Part shown: piece after piece, positions 24,170-35,937 of the stretch | Position numbering within the stretch: the first letter of the stretch is position 1 | How the letters are laid out: every line of letters starts with the position of its first letter | NCBI RefSeq assembly: GCF_009914755.1 | Contig: NC_060940.1 | DNA: 64,000 bases | Origin: the human T2T-CHM13v2.0 reference genome, Homo sapiens | Reading direction: 5' to 3' (one strand) | Notes under the pieces: model-generated | The model's database searches: none | Seen by the model: the letters and a program-made list of their open reading frames with translations, nothing else | What the model was told of the DNA's origin: nothing | Position numbers and translations under genes: made by a program

Positions 24170-24780
24170 GTACCTGGGCGTGGGTGGGCTGTGCTGGGCA
24201 AGGTCTCAGCCACCCGCGGGGAGGAGCCCTGAATCGCAGCACCTGCCGGTTGCCGTGGTGTAAATGTTCCCCAGCTGAGTTCGCCCTAAAAGCGTGGTGT
24301 GGCTGAACATGGAGTAGGGAGCAGAGGCACGTTGGCACACGATGTAGACACAGTGGATATAGCTGACCCCAGGAGGACAGTTGTGAAATGTAGCCGGGGC
24401 ATTAGGAAGGGATGTTTTGAGTGCTTCGTTGATTTTATTTCTCTGTAAGTTTACGAAACAATTGTCCAGTAATAACAACCAGCTTTTGCATGTTTCCCGG
24501 AAATTTAATAGTCTGCTCTTTGAGCCAGCATGAGCTGGCTCTGGCACCGCACTGGCTGGGCAAGAGTTTTGCCAGCCAGCCACGGAGCGTTTCCTTCCAG
24601 GGACAAGACATGCTTCTTGAAAGCTCCCGTAGGGCCCCTTCTGAATATCTTGGTTCTGGCTGCGGGAAGAACCCTTTGGAAGGGCTCTGGTTTCTCTGGG
24701 CAGTTGGGTGAGAGAGGACGGGGAGGGAGCATGCTGGCCCACGTGGCTGAGATCCTGCTTGACCGTGTTTCCCCCCACAG

Positions 24781-25108
24781 AGAAGCTGAAGGATGCCGGC
24801 CTGCAGGCGCCCAAGCCCGTCCAACACCCCTTGCATCCGGTGCCCACCCCACACCACACGGTGCCCAGCCTCATCTCCAACCATGGCATCTTCTCTCTGC
24901 CTAGCAGCAGTGCTGCCACAGCCCTGCTGATCCAGCGCACCAATGAGGAGGAGAAGTGGCTGGCGCGGCAGCGGCGGCTGCGGCAGGAGAAGGAGGACCG
25001 GCAGTCTCAGGTGTCCGAGTTCCGGCAGCAGGTGCTGGAGCAGCACCTGGATATGGGCCGGCCCCCGGTGCCGGCGGAGGCAGAGCACAGGCCGGAGAGC
25101 ACCACCAG
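24781..25108 (+). CDS. GSE1: GSE1 exon 8 (328 nt): (E)KLKDAGL...RPESTT(R)
   Basis: ccacag|AG acceptor, CAG|gtgagt donor. Confidence 0.96.
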
Positions 25109-26881
25109 GTGAGTGAGCCCCAGGAAGGAAGGAGGGATGAGCCTTCACGTTCCGATTTGTTCAGCGTGTATTGAGCACCTCCTGTTTGCCCGACATCCTG
25201 CCCCAGCGTTTCTGCCTGCCTCTTTCATTTCTGTTCTTTCATCTTCACGTTATAATGCCTGTCTTGCCTATGGGGAAGCTGAGACTGAGGAAGAAAATGG
25301 ATTGCTCAAAGGTATCCCCACCAGTAAGTAAAGAGACCAATCAAGTCCATGTTGAGAGCCAGGGCACTGCACACGCAGCCTGACCTAGTTCCCAGGAGGC
25401 CATTCACAGCAGATGAAGAGTGCAAGGTAGAAGCTTTAATTACTAATAATACCTGTTCTCTCCATCTTCCTCTGCTTTTGAGCCTGGACTTCTTTTTTTA
25501 ACAAGAAGGGGACAGCTTTTGATTTTAAGGAAAAAAATGAGTTTTATTGCTTTTGTATTAATAGTAAAAACACATGCCCGTTTTCTAGCCCTTTATGAAA
25601 GCATTTCCCAGGAAACTGTGTGGTGGTCCCTTGGACCCCGGCTGCAGACACAGGTCTTATGAGCTGGGCCCCAGTGCCCCCAGTCCTCCCTGCCCCTGCC
25701 TGCCCTGGGATTCCTGCCTTGGGGCTGTGCTGGTCCCAGGCCCCCACGTCATATACCCCCAGGGCTCACTCTGAAGGGCTGAGCTAAGATCCTCAGCCAG
25801 AGTTGGTGGGAATGACCTGCCAGCCTTCCATAGCTCTGCTCCAGGCCCAGCTCAGGGACCTAGGGACACTGATTCTGTTCCCTGAGCCTCACTTTCCTCA
25901 ACTGTCCACAAAGGAGGGTGGGTAGGATGATTTCTGAGCATCTTTCCAGCTCTCAAGGCTGTGATGCTGTCCTGGGATAAGAAACCCTTGGGCTCTGGGA
26001 CGGAAGCGTGTTGGTGGTTTAAAATCTGTCCTCCCTTCTGCCTGCCTCCGTTATCCAGTAGGGCAGCGAGGGAATGCGCCCCCGCTGATCAGGGATGACT
26101 GGGAGTGACTGTCACCAGGCCACAGCTAAGTCTCCCTGTGGCTCACACTGCCCGGCACGGCCGAAGTGAGATCCCTTCTGCCTCTCCCAGCCCCCGTCCC
26201 TGAGGCCTCTCAGGCTCAGCCTTGCCTACTACCCAGAGGACTGAGGGCAGCCAGCTCCTACCTGGCATGGCCTGATAACATCAGGGTGCCCTGACTCCTG
26301 TAGGCATCTTCTTCCTCAGGGCTCCCCAGGGCCCCAGCACAGGTGTTGTGACTTTGCCCACCCATGGACTGCTTCCAGCCAGTGTAGCTGCCCCATCCGG
26401 ACCTGGGGCATGATGGGAAGCAGGGCCTGGCCTCCCCTGGCTGCGGTGGTTCCCCTGTGGCCGGCTGCACACGTGGCCTTACAGCATTGTGAACTTGGGG
26501 GCCTGACAGGGCCCTCATGCTCCAAGCTAGAAAACTGTTCAGTGCTTGGTGTGGCGCATGAAATATTTATTCTCCTGCAGGTTTCATTCCCTTGCTGTTT
26601 ACTTAAGGACACAGCTTCTTCCTGTGGTTCCCTGTTGTATTCTGCTAAGAGGGACAGCAGCGTCGGATTTGTCCCTTGGCCTGGAGTCTGGAATAACTAG
26701 GGAGAGCCTTGGTGGCTGTGTTTAAACAGGGCTCCCGGGGCAGGCTAGAGATCCCTGAGCCCGGCCGTGTGCCTGCTGTGGCCTCTGCCTCTTTCTTCCC
26801 CTCAAGCTTTGCCCAGGGTCTCTGCACAGTATTGGTCCAGACATCCTGTGAGTATATCTCCCTTTAAAAAAAAGAAAGATA

Positions 26882-27180
26882 GCCAGGCACAGTGACACAT
26901 GCCTGTAGGCCCAACTACTCTGGAGGCTGAGATGGGATGATCGCTTGAGCCCGGGAGTTCTCGGCTGTAGTGTACTATACCCACTAGGTGTCCCAGCTAA
27001 GTCCAGCACAAATATGGTGACCTCCTGGGAGCGGGGGACCACCAGGTTGCCTAAGGAGGGGTGAACCAGGGCAGGTCGGAAATGGAGCATGTCAAAACTC
27101 CCGCGCTGATCAGTAGTGGGATTGCTCCTGTAAATAGCCACTGCACTCCAGCCTGGGTAACACAGCGAGACCCATCTCTT
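26882..27180 (+). pseudogene. Full-length 7SL (SRP RNA) retropseudogene in GSE1 intron 8
   Basis: Alu-like ends plus the S domain absent from Alus (...gggggaccaccaggttgcctaaggaggggtgaacc...ggtcggaaatggagca.gtcaaaactccc); many substitutions; short A tail. Confidence 0.92.
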
Positions 27181-27858
27181 AAAAATAAGCTGGAAAAACA
27201 ATACTAAAAATAGCCCTGTGAGTAGATTAAATCTTGTTTTAATTGCACTGAGGAAACAAGCCATTTAGTGTAACTAAGGGGCAGCTTCTTGTTTAATGGA
27301 AGGGTTCTGATGTTAGAAATCCCTTCTTTCCCTCCCTGCCTCAGCAGGCCTTAGCCTGGGTCCTTGAAGACACTTTGAGGCCTCTGCCACAGGCCACTTG
27401 GGCAGTGGGGTCGCTGCAGTTGTGACAGGGGCCACTGGGGGGCAGTCTCGGCACAGGCCCCATCCTGACTGGGAGGATCTTCATTTCACAGTGGGTTTGG
27501 CTCTGGCTGGGCAGACACTGGAAGGTTGTCTTGTGGCTGCCTGCGGGGACAGTGGGGAGGGAGGAGTACTGCCCTGTGAAGGTGGCCAGCCTGCCCTGTG
27601 TCATGTGTCCCTACAAGGCACAGCAGGAGGAGAGGGTGCTGGTGGCAGGGCCACAGCCCAGTATATAGAGTGGGTTTCCCCATGGAAAGTGCGGATGAGC
27701 GCTTGCCCTTAGGGGAATTCACGCAAGCAGGTGGGAAAATCGACCGAAACTGGATCTGTCCCAGGCCTGAGAGGGTCTCTGCCTTCCCTAGCAGCTTAGG
27801 CTGGGAGCCTCCCTATCCTCTTGGAGCAGCCTGCACACACCTGCCGCAGGTGTTGGAG

Positions 27859-28433
<575 letters not shown>

Positions 28434-28649
28434 GAGTCTTTAAAGAAAAGAAAGGAAAAGAGAAAATGAAAGACAGAAACAATGATCCTTGGGGTGGAGT
28501 GTGTGTCCCCTCCCTGCAGCCCTGTTGGCACTGGCTCTCTAAGGGGCTGCGCCATCTGTGTCATCTTAGGAGCGGCAGGCAGCCAGGGAAGCCTGTGGAT
28601 GACTGAAGGGTCTTTTCTCCCTGACTGAAGGGTTGGTTTCACTCCCTAG

Positions 28650-29269
28650 GCCAGGACCAAACCGTCACGAGCCAGGTGGCCGTGACCCTCCGCAGCACTT
28701 TGGGGGGCCACCACCTCTGATTTCGCCCAAGCCCCAGCTCCATGCTGCACCCACGGCCCTCTGGAACCCCGTGTCCCTGATGGACAACACCTTGGAGACG
28801 CGGCGGGCCGAAAGCCACTCTCTGCACAGCCACCCGGCTGCATTTGAGCCCAGCCGCCAGGCAGCCGTGCCGCTGGTGAAGGTGGAGCGGGTCTTCTGCC
28901 CGGAGAAAGCAGAGGAGGGGCCACGGAAGCGTGAGCCTGCCCCTCTGGACAAGTACCAGCCACCTCCGCCGCCACCACGAGAGGGAGGGAGCCTGGAGCA
29001 CCAGCCCTTCCTGCCCGGGCCCGGGCCCTTCCTGGCTGAGCTCGAGAAGTCCACCCAGACCATCCTGGGCCAGCAGCGGGCCTCCCTCCCACAGGCGGCC
29101 ACCTTCGGGGAGCTCAGCGGACCCCTGAAGCCTGGCTCGCCCTACCGGCCCCCAGTGCCACGGGCCCCCGACCCTGCCTACATCTATGATGAGTTCCTGC
29201 AGCAGCGCCGGAGGCTGGTCAGCAAGCTGGACCTGGAGGAGCGCAGGCGGCGGGAGGCCCAGGAGAAAG
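28650..29269 (+). CDS. GSE1: GSE1 exon 9 (620 nt): PGPNRHE...RRRREAQEK
   Basis: ccctag|G acceptor, AAG|gtctgc donor, open frame throughout. Confidence 0.96.
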
Positions 29270-30484
29270 GTCTGCCTCCCCGCGGGCCCCGAGCTGCTCA
29301 GGGAGAGCCGCACAGTGGGGATGGGGAGCCTGCATGCCAGCCACCTGCCCCTCTCCGTCCACTCCTGCTTTTTGCCTGGGGTAGTCCCAGGCCCCAGGTG
29401 GCAAGTGCACTGGCTTCTTTGTAGCAGCATGACACCCTCGTAGGGGAGGCAGACCCTAGTCCCCGTGCCTGTCCTGCCTCGATGCAAATTGTCCCAAAAA
29501 GCCAAATCAAAGCCCGCCTGTGAAGATAGTTCCGCAGACAAGCATGATGAATAAGTGATGAGCGGAGGCTAATAAGATAGTTTTCAATATTAATAGTGCA
29601 GCATAACAGGAGAGCCGGCCTGGGCTCAGCGGGGGCTCCACATACAGGGCCGCTGCCACGAGCTGCAGCAGGTGGGTCAGGGGTTGAGGACGCGGCGGCT
29701 GGCACTGCCCCGGGTCAGGGTAGGAGGTCAGGCACTTCATTCTTATTTCTGCTTGGGGGTGGGGCGTCCTCAGCCAGCGGCTCCCTGAGTTCTCCAGAGA
29801 GCCAGGAAGAGCAACCGAGCAGGCGAGAGTGTGCAGAGGGGAGCAGGGGCTCCAGCCCAGTTTTCTTCCTGATGCTGAACACTCAGGTCCTGTCCAGTGC
29901 TGAGCTCAGCCTCCTCTTCAATAGAAGCTGGGGCACAGGCGGTCTTCCTGGTTGTTGGTCTAGGCTGGATGGAGGGCCCAGCCAAATTTCTCTCCCCTAC
30001 TCACTTTGTAAAGGAGGAGGGAGATACCCCAGCGCCCCTGGGCAGGGGCTCTGCTATTGTTCTCTGTGTCTTAGAGAGCTCAGGCCTGTGTGTGCCTGTC
30101 TCCTCCCAGGAGATGGACTCAGATGGCCACAGCATGGGGGAGTGCATGTGCACAAGCAGCCCTGTGTTGCCGTGGACACAGCCCCAGGCCTGTGTGATGA
30201 ATGGTTCCCTGCCAGGGGGAGGAGGGAGGTCTTGTCAGCCCAGGGGACCACCCAGCTACTGGGAGCCATGGATCCCAGGGAAGCCTGGTGTCTGCGGTCC
30301 TGCAAAGCCCCAGGACTGGGTTAATGTTGGTTTCCACCTCGGTTGAAAGGAACTGGCCTTCAGGGTGTTCAGGTGCCAGCAGGCCTGGCCTGATAGGTGC
30401 TCTGCACACATGAGGCCCTGCGGGCATGTCCACTGGACAGATGAAGGCTCTTTGTCTGGCTGAATACAACCATTTCTCCATCAG

Positions 30485-30597
30485 GGTACTACTACGACCT
30501 CGATGACTCTTACGACGAGAGCGATGAGGAGGAGGTCAGGGCCCACCTCCGTTGCGTGGCCGAGCAGCCGCCCCTCAAACTGGACACGTCCTCTGAG
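30485..30597 (+). CDS. GSE1: GSE1 exon 10 (113 nt): (G)[16 protein letters not shown]...LDTSSE
   Basis: catcag|GG acceptor, GAG|gtactg donor. Confidence 0.96.
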
Positions 30598-30847
30598 GTA
30601 CTGGGCTCTCCTCCCCACGGACATGCTCTGGGCTGGGCTCTCGTTCCTAGCGTCCACACCCTGCAGTCCACCCCACTGTTGCTAGGTTCCTCCGAAGTCC
30701 TGGCGGGTTCGCCCCATGAAGCTCTTCTCCCACCAGGCGCAGCCAGCTACGGCCCACACTTCGAGGACCCCAGGAGGGGACCCCGGGACAGTGCAAGCAT
30801 ACCACTGCCAGTGGCTTCAAACTCATTTGTTTTCTTTCCCAATCTAG

Positions 30848-31118
30848 AAGCTAGAGTTTTTGCAACTTTTTGGCTTGACCACCCAACAGCAGAAGGAGGA
30901 ATTGGTGGCCCAGAAGCGGAGGAAGCGGCGGAGGATGCTGCGAGAGAGAAGCCCGTCGCCCCCAACAATTCAGAGCAAGCGGCAGACGCCTTCACCGAGA
31001 CTGGCGCTGTCTACCCGCTACAGCCCTGATGAGATGAACAACAGTCCCAACTTCGAAGAAAAGAAGAAGTTCCTGACCATCTTCAACCTGACCCACATCA
31101 GCGCTGAGAAGAGGAAAG
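30848..31118 (+). CDS. GSE1: GSE1 exon 11 (271 nt): [10 protein letters not shown]...HISAEKRK; includes basic cluster KRRKRRR (probable NLS)
   Basis: atctag|AAG acceptor, AAG|gtaggg donor. Confidence 0.96.
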
Positions 31119-32518
31119 GTAGGGCCTCGCCTGGGTAGGAAGGTGGGGGCTCACTGGGGTGGAAGTGGGTTTCTGAAGCAGCAGGTGGGGCCGGTGGACT
31201 CCAGGCAGGATCTGCGATCACTGAGCCTGAGGCTGCCCCTTTACTCCTCCCGGCTCCCGGGAACAGCCTCTCTGTTCTTACAAGCCCTCCATAGCAGCCT
31301 TACCTGACAGGCTTTGCTCTGAGAGCCCCACCATCTTGACCTGAGGACTACCCATGTCACTCATCCATCTCCCAGCGCCCGAGAAGGCGCTCTTTGAGCC
31401 GAGTGCTCCAGTGACCACCAGGCGTGAGGGGAGGTGCCAGGTGTTCCAGGTTTGTCTGCTGCAGGCTTTTCCTCTTGCTGGACCGCTTAGGTGGTCTGCT
31501 GGGTGTTGTGTCCTGGTGGCCGGAGGCCTGGGGAAGGGCTGCCAAGCAGGGCAGCACACACTGAGCAGATGGCTTGCCTTGAAAGATGCTTCCAGTTCAG
31601 TCTGGCCACACAGGGCCACATTGGGACAGACACTCTGGGCTCGAATCCATATAGCAGAAGAAACAACGCAGCCACAACACCTGCTCAGGGTTTTGGCTTC
31701 CTTGGCCTGCAGCGCAGGCTGGCTTGGTGCCCAGATGTTGACGTTCCTGGCCCTGCCCCTTACGCACGCTTTCAAGTCCTCGTGGGCCCCTGGCCTCCTC
31801 TCTGGGAGAAAGTCGAAGGAAAGCAGAGTTACTTCTTGGACCTTGAGCAGCTTCAAGGTGTTGATCAGGGTGTAGCCGTTTACTTTCTCCTTTTAACCAG
31901 TCAGTAGTTTTCCCTTTCTCTTAGCGGGCTAGTGACGTGTTGATTGCCAGCCCAGTTCCCTAGATACAAAGCATCTTTTTCCCTGAATTTTTGGAGGAAA
32001 AAAAATTAAGGGCGATGCAGCCCTTGAGTTTCACAGTCAAGAAGGGCCGGGTGACATCAGGGATCTGCTGCGTGGAACATCGTGGGGTCATCTTTCCCCT
32101 TCAGGAAGTGGCAGTAATGGTAGGAGTGGGGGAGAAGGCACCCTGCCTCAGAGGCCAGGCCTGGGTCTTTGGGGTGTTTCTTTGTGTTGGGGCCACCTTG
32201 TCTGACTTGAAATAAGAATACATCCTCGCACGTCACCACCGAGGTCCGTGGGCACAGTGATTCACAGAGGCGTCGTCACCGCACGGACAGCTGTCTTTGG
32301 AGCACGTCTAGGACATTGTGTAGTGGATGCCGAGAGCAATCTGGGCTCGCTTTGAGATGGTTGCTTCCTTTCAACTGGGCCTGCCCCATCACACCTGCTT
32401 TTGGTTTTTCGGGCTTTAGTGCTTTGCCTGCCCCTCAAGGCTCGGCTAGAATCCCGCTGTCCTTCTCTCCAAAAAATGATGCAACTGGCTCGTTAATCTC
32501 AGGCTGCTTTTCTCATAG

Positions 32519-32632
32519 ACAAAGAGAGACTTGTTGAAATGCTCCGTGCCATGAAGCAGAAGGCACTGTCAGCAGCAGTGGCCGACTCCTTGACAAACTC
32601 TCCGAGGGACAGTCCTGCCGTCTCCCTGAGTG
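32519..32632 (+). CDS. GSE1: GSE1 exon 12 (114 nt): (D)KERLVEML...PAVSLS
   Basis: tcatag|AC acceptor, GTG|gtaagg donor. Confidence 0.96.
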
Positions 32633-33479
32633 GTAAGGGAAGGATAGCCCCACCTGCCACCACCCAGGACCATCCCATGGGCTGCCCAGGCTCAGAGGCG
32701 ACCACTCGAGGTCTTCATCATTGTGAATGTGGCCTCCTGCAGGCTGTCTTCTTCCATTCTTGTACCAGCGTACGATTCTTGCACAGTTGTGACAGTCATT
32801 GGGACGGAACGTCAGTTTGAAGGCGGGCTCAGAGTTGAGGGGAGGGTCTGGCTTCTGTGGAGCTCTACGTGCTGGTCACTATGGTCGTAGTAACCGTTGT
32901 CCTTCAGTTACGGCACAGAGGCTCACATGGAGGCCAATCCAATGGTACCATCCCAGGAGGGAGGGCGTGCTCCAGCCTTAGTGCCCGCAGCCTGGTCCTG
33001 CCACTAGCCTAGCCGCCCTGGCTCTCTTCCTGCTCTTTGTCTTCCTCACTCTGCCCTCTGGGCCCTGCCGGCACCTGCCGCCACACCTTTCCTCCTCTTA
33101 CAGTTCTGGCTGGCCTCTGCCCTGTCAGATGTCAGAGGGAATCTTTACAGTGCGTCCCAGTCCTCGGCCCCTCACACACTCTCTTGTCCGGTTGGACTGA
33201 ATACCTCCATGCTGCCTCCGTGGCTGGGGGACTTCCTTCTTCCTGTGGATCTGCTTCTTCCTTCTTGGGACATCTTTCAAGGATGGACTTGCCACTAAAC
33301 ACCCCACTGTCTTCAGAGAATAGCCATGTGCGCGGCGGTTACTTAAATGTTCCCCGGGTCTTGGTTCTTTGCGCTAGGTCTTTGTTAAGTGTAAGCTCTA
33401 GAGACCAGGATCTGCGTGCTGGACACTCAGCCTGTTAACTTGCATTTCTTAATATTTTCCTTCACTTTGTCTCTAAAAG

Positions 33480-33851
33480 AACCAGCCACGCAGCAAGCCT
33501 CTCTGGATGTGGAGAAGCCGGTTGGTGTTGCTGCTTCCTTGTCTGACATCCCAAAGGCCGCGGAGCCTGGGAAGCTGGAACAGGTCCGGCCCCAGGAGCT
33601 GTCGAGAGTCCAGGAGCTAGCTCCTGCCAGCGGGGAGAAGGCCAGGCTGAGCGAGGCCCCTGGAGGCAAAAAGAGTCTGAGCATGCTTCACTATATCCGG
33701 GGCGCTGCACCCAAGGACATTCCTGTGCCGCTGTCCCACAGCACCAATGGGAAGAGCAAGCCGTGGGAGCCCTTTGTGGCAGAAGAGTTTGCACATCAGT
33801 TCCACGAGTCAGTGCTGCAGTCCACCCAGAAGGCCCTGCAGAAGCATAAAG
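33480..33851 (+). CDS. GSE1: GSE1 exon 13 (372 nt): (E)PATQQAS...ALQKHK
   Basis: Pyrimidine tract then taaaag|AA acceptor (AAG type), AAG|gtaatg donor. Confidence 0.95.
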
Positions 33852-34312
33852 GTAATGAGGCTGCCAGTCCCTGCTCAGCTCTCGGCTGTGGTTGAGGCTG
33901 ACCAAAGTTGCTGAGCGCCACAGCTGCTCAGCCGTTCAGCCGTGGGCACAAGTTTTTATAAACTCCAATCACCAGAAGAAAATAATTTCGTTATTATGCC
34001 AAAACCATGTTTGTTTGTTTATCTCCAAGCTCTAAAACCTGAACTCGTAGGTGAGAAACGTTTGTAGGCACCAGCGCTGACGCTGTGCTGTGAGCAGGGA
34101 CGCATCGATCGGTAAGAGGTAAAGGAGTGAACGCCGACAGGCATTGGTTTTTGCAGAGATTAAAAGATTCCCCAAAGGCAGGAAGAGCACTTGAGTGGAT
34201 TTTTACCCGCATTCATTTGAAAGAATCATGTTTTTCAAGACAGAGATGCAGATGGCCACCAGTCCTCAGGGTAGAGCTTCCCTTCCTTCATGGTGGTATC
34301 TAAAGATGTCAC

Positions 34313-34632
34313 CACCAGCCCTCTGGATCCGTGGGTTCCGCGTCTTTGGATTCAACCAGCTTCAGATTAGAAATATTTATGGGTGGGGTGGAATTCCACC
34401 AAGTTCCAAAAACAAAACTTGAATTTGCCAAGCACCAGGTACTACATTGAATCCATGCAAATCAAGTCAAGTGTAGGCATTGTGTTAGGTATTACAAGTA
34501 CTCTAGAGGTGTGCATAGGTGATACGCAGATACTATGCCACTTTATATCAGGGACTTGAACATCCCTGGCTTTTGGTATTCACAGGAGGTTCTGGAGCCA
34601 GTTCTCCATGACAGATACCAAGGGAGACTATA
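34313..34632. mobile_element. Tigger3-type (TcMar) DNA transposon remnant
   Basis: ccgtgggttccgc...ggattcaacc start; ttaggtattacaagta.tctagag; agggacttgaacatcc...ttttggtatt; gataccaaggga.act end. Confidence 0.75.
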
Positions 34633-35080
34633 CAGTGCTACTGAGATGCCTTTCGAAACTTCAGAATACCCTCCCTCCCTGCCCTTTGGCAGTGCACCTT
34701 GTAGAGGCTTTTCTGTGGCCCTAGGACACTTTCTGCCTTATTCTGACCTTGTCCTGGCCTTACACTAAACTGTTTCCTCTAGATTTTAGTCACTCTGCCA
34801 TACCAGTTTGAGCCAAGTCACTCCATTGACTGGGCTGGTCTCAGGCCCCACCAGGGGCTGCCATCCCCACGGGAGGCCAGGTGTGCTCCTGAGGATGTCA
34901 CCCACCAGGCCACGCCATGAGACAGGGCATGCCCTCTTGAAACGGGGCACAATGAGGCTGATTCCTGGGGGAGGGCAGAGCCCCATTATGCCTAGGGATC
35001 AAAACAGCCACGCCTTGTGAGAGGATGGGCTGGTGTCTGCTGAGGGCTGACTATAGACCAAGCTCAAAGAGATGGAGGCA

Positions 35081-35372
35081 GCCGGGCGCAGTGGCTCACG
35101 CTTGTAATTCCAGCACTTTAGGAGGCCAAGGCGGGCAGATCACCTGAGGTCCGGAGTTTGAAACCAGCCTGGGCCAACATGGCGAAACCCTGTTTCTACT
35201 AAAAATGCAAAAATTAGCTGGGCATGGTGGCACATGCGTGTAATTCCAGCCACTCCGGAGGCTGAGGCAGGAGAATTGCTTGAACCTGGGAGGGGAAGTT
35301 GCAGTGAGCCGAGATCACGCCATTTCTCTCCAGCCTGCTACCCAGAGGACTGAGGGCAGCCAAAACAAAAAA
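35081..35372 (+). mobile_element. AluS-like element whose last ~24 nt are replaced by non-Alu sequence
   Basis: Alu to ccagcctg (35337), then ctacccagaggactgagggcagcc, then aaaacaaaaaa. Confidence 0.9.
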
Positions 35373-35652
35373 TGGAGTCTCAGAGATGAATTCCAACAAA
35401 AATGGTCCACGTACCAGAATCAACTAGCACTCAGGGCTGCGTTGTCTCCTGGCTGTCTCGGACTTTCTCACGCTGGGTCTGTGGCCCAGAGGCCTTGGGC
35501 TAGGTCCCTCCTCTCTACGCGATGTCATCTTGGTCCCCGGAGCCCTGCAGTCATGTTGACTCTGCACCAAGGGCAGAGCAGAGCTCCCTTCTGAGACAGC
35601 ACCCTGTGTCCCTTCCCCCAACACACTGATGCAAGCCCTGTCCCCTCCACAG

Positions 35653-35937
35653 GGAGCGTGGCTGTGCTGTCTGCAGAGCAGAACCACAAGGTTGACACGT
35701 CCGTCCACTACAACATTCCTGAGCTGCAGTCCTCCAGCCGCGCCCCTCCACCCCAGCACAATGGGCAGCAGGAGCCCCCCACTGCAAGGAAGGGCCCCCC
35801 AACCCAGGAGTTGGACCGGGACTCGGAGGAGGAGGAAGAGGAGGATGATGAAGATGGAGAAGATGAGGAGGAAGTCCCCAAGCGCAAGTGGCAAGGGATC
35901 GAGGCCGTTTTTGAAGCTTACCAGGAACACATAGAAG
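35653..35937 (+). CDS. GSE1: GSE1 exon 14 (285 nt), acidic tract and start of the C-terminal coiled-coil region (KWQGIEAVFEAYQEHIE)
   Basis: ccacag|GG acceptor, AAG|gtaagg donor. Confidence 0.96.

Noticed and set aside
23775-24338. Antisense ORF with an RS-domain-like SRSRSF repeat
   Set aside because: Shadow of the Arg-Glu codons in GSE1 exon 7; no independent promoter or splice evidence
29540-29620. Two box-C-like RTGATGA motifs suggesting an intronic C/D snoRNA
   Set aside because: No box D (CTGA) at a suitable distance and no terminal stem
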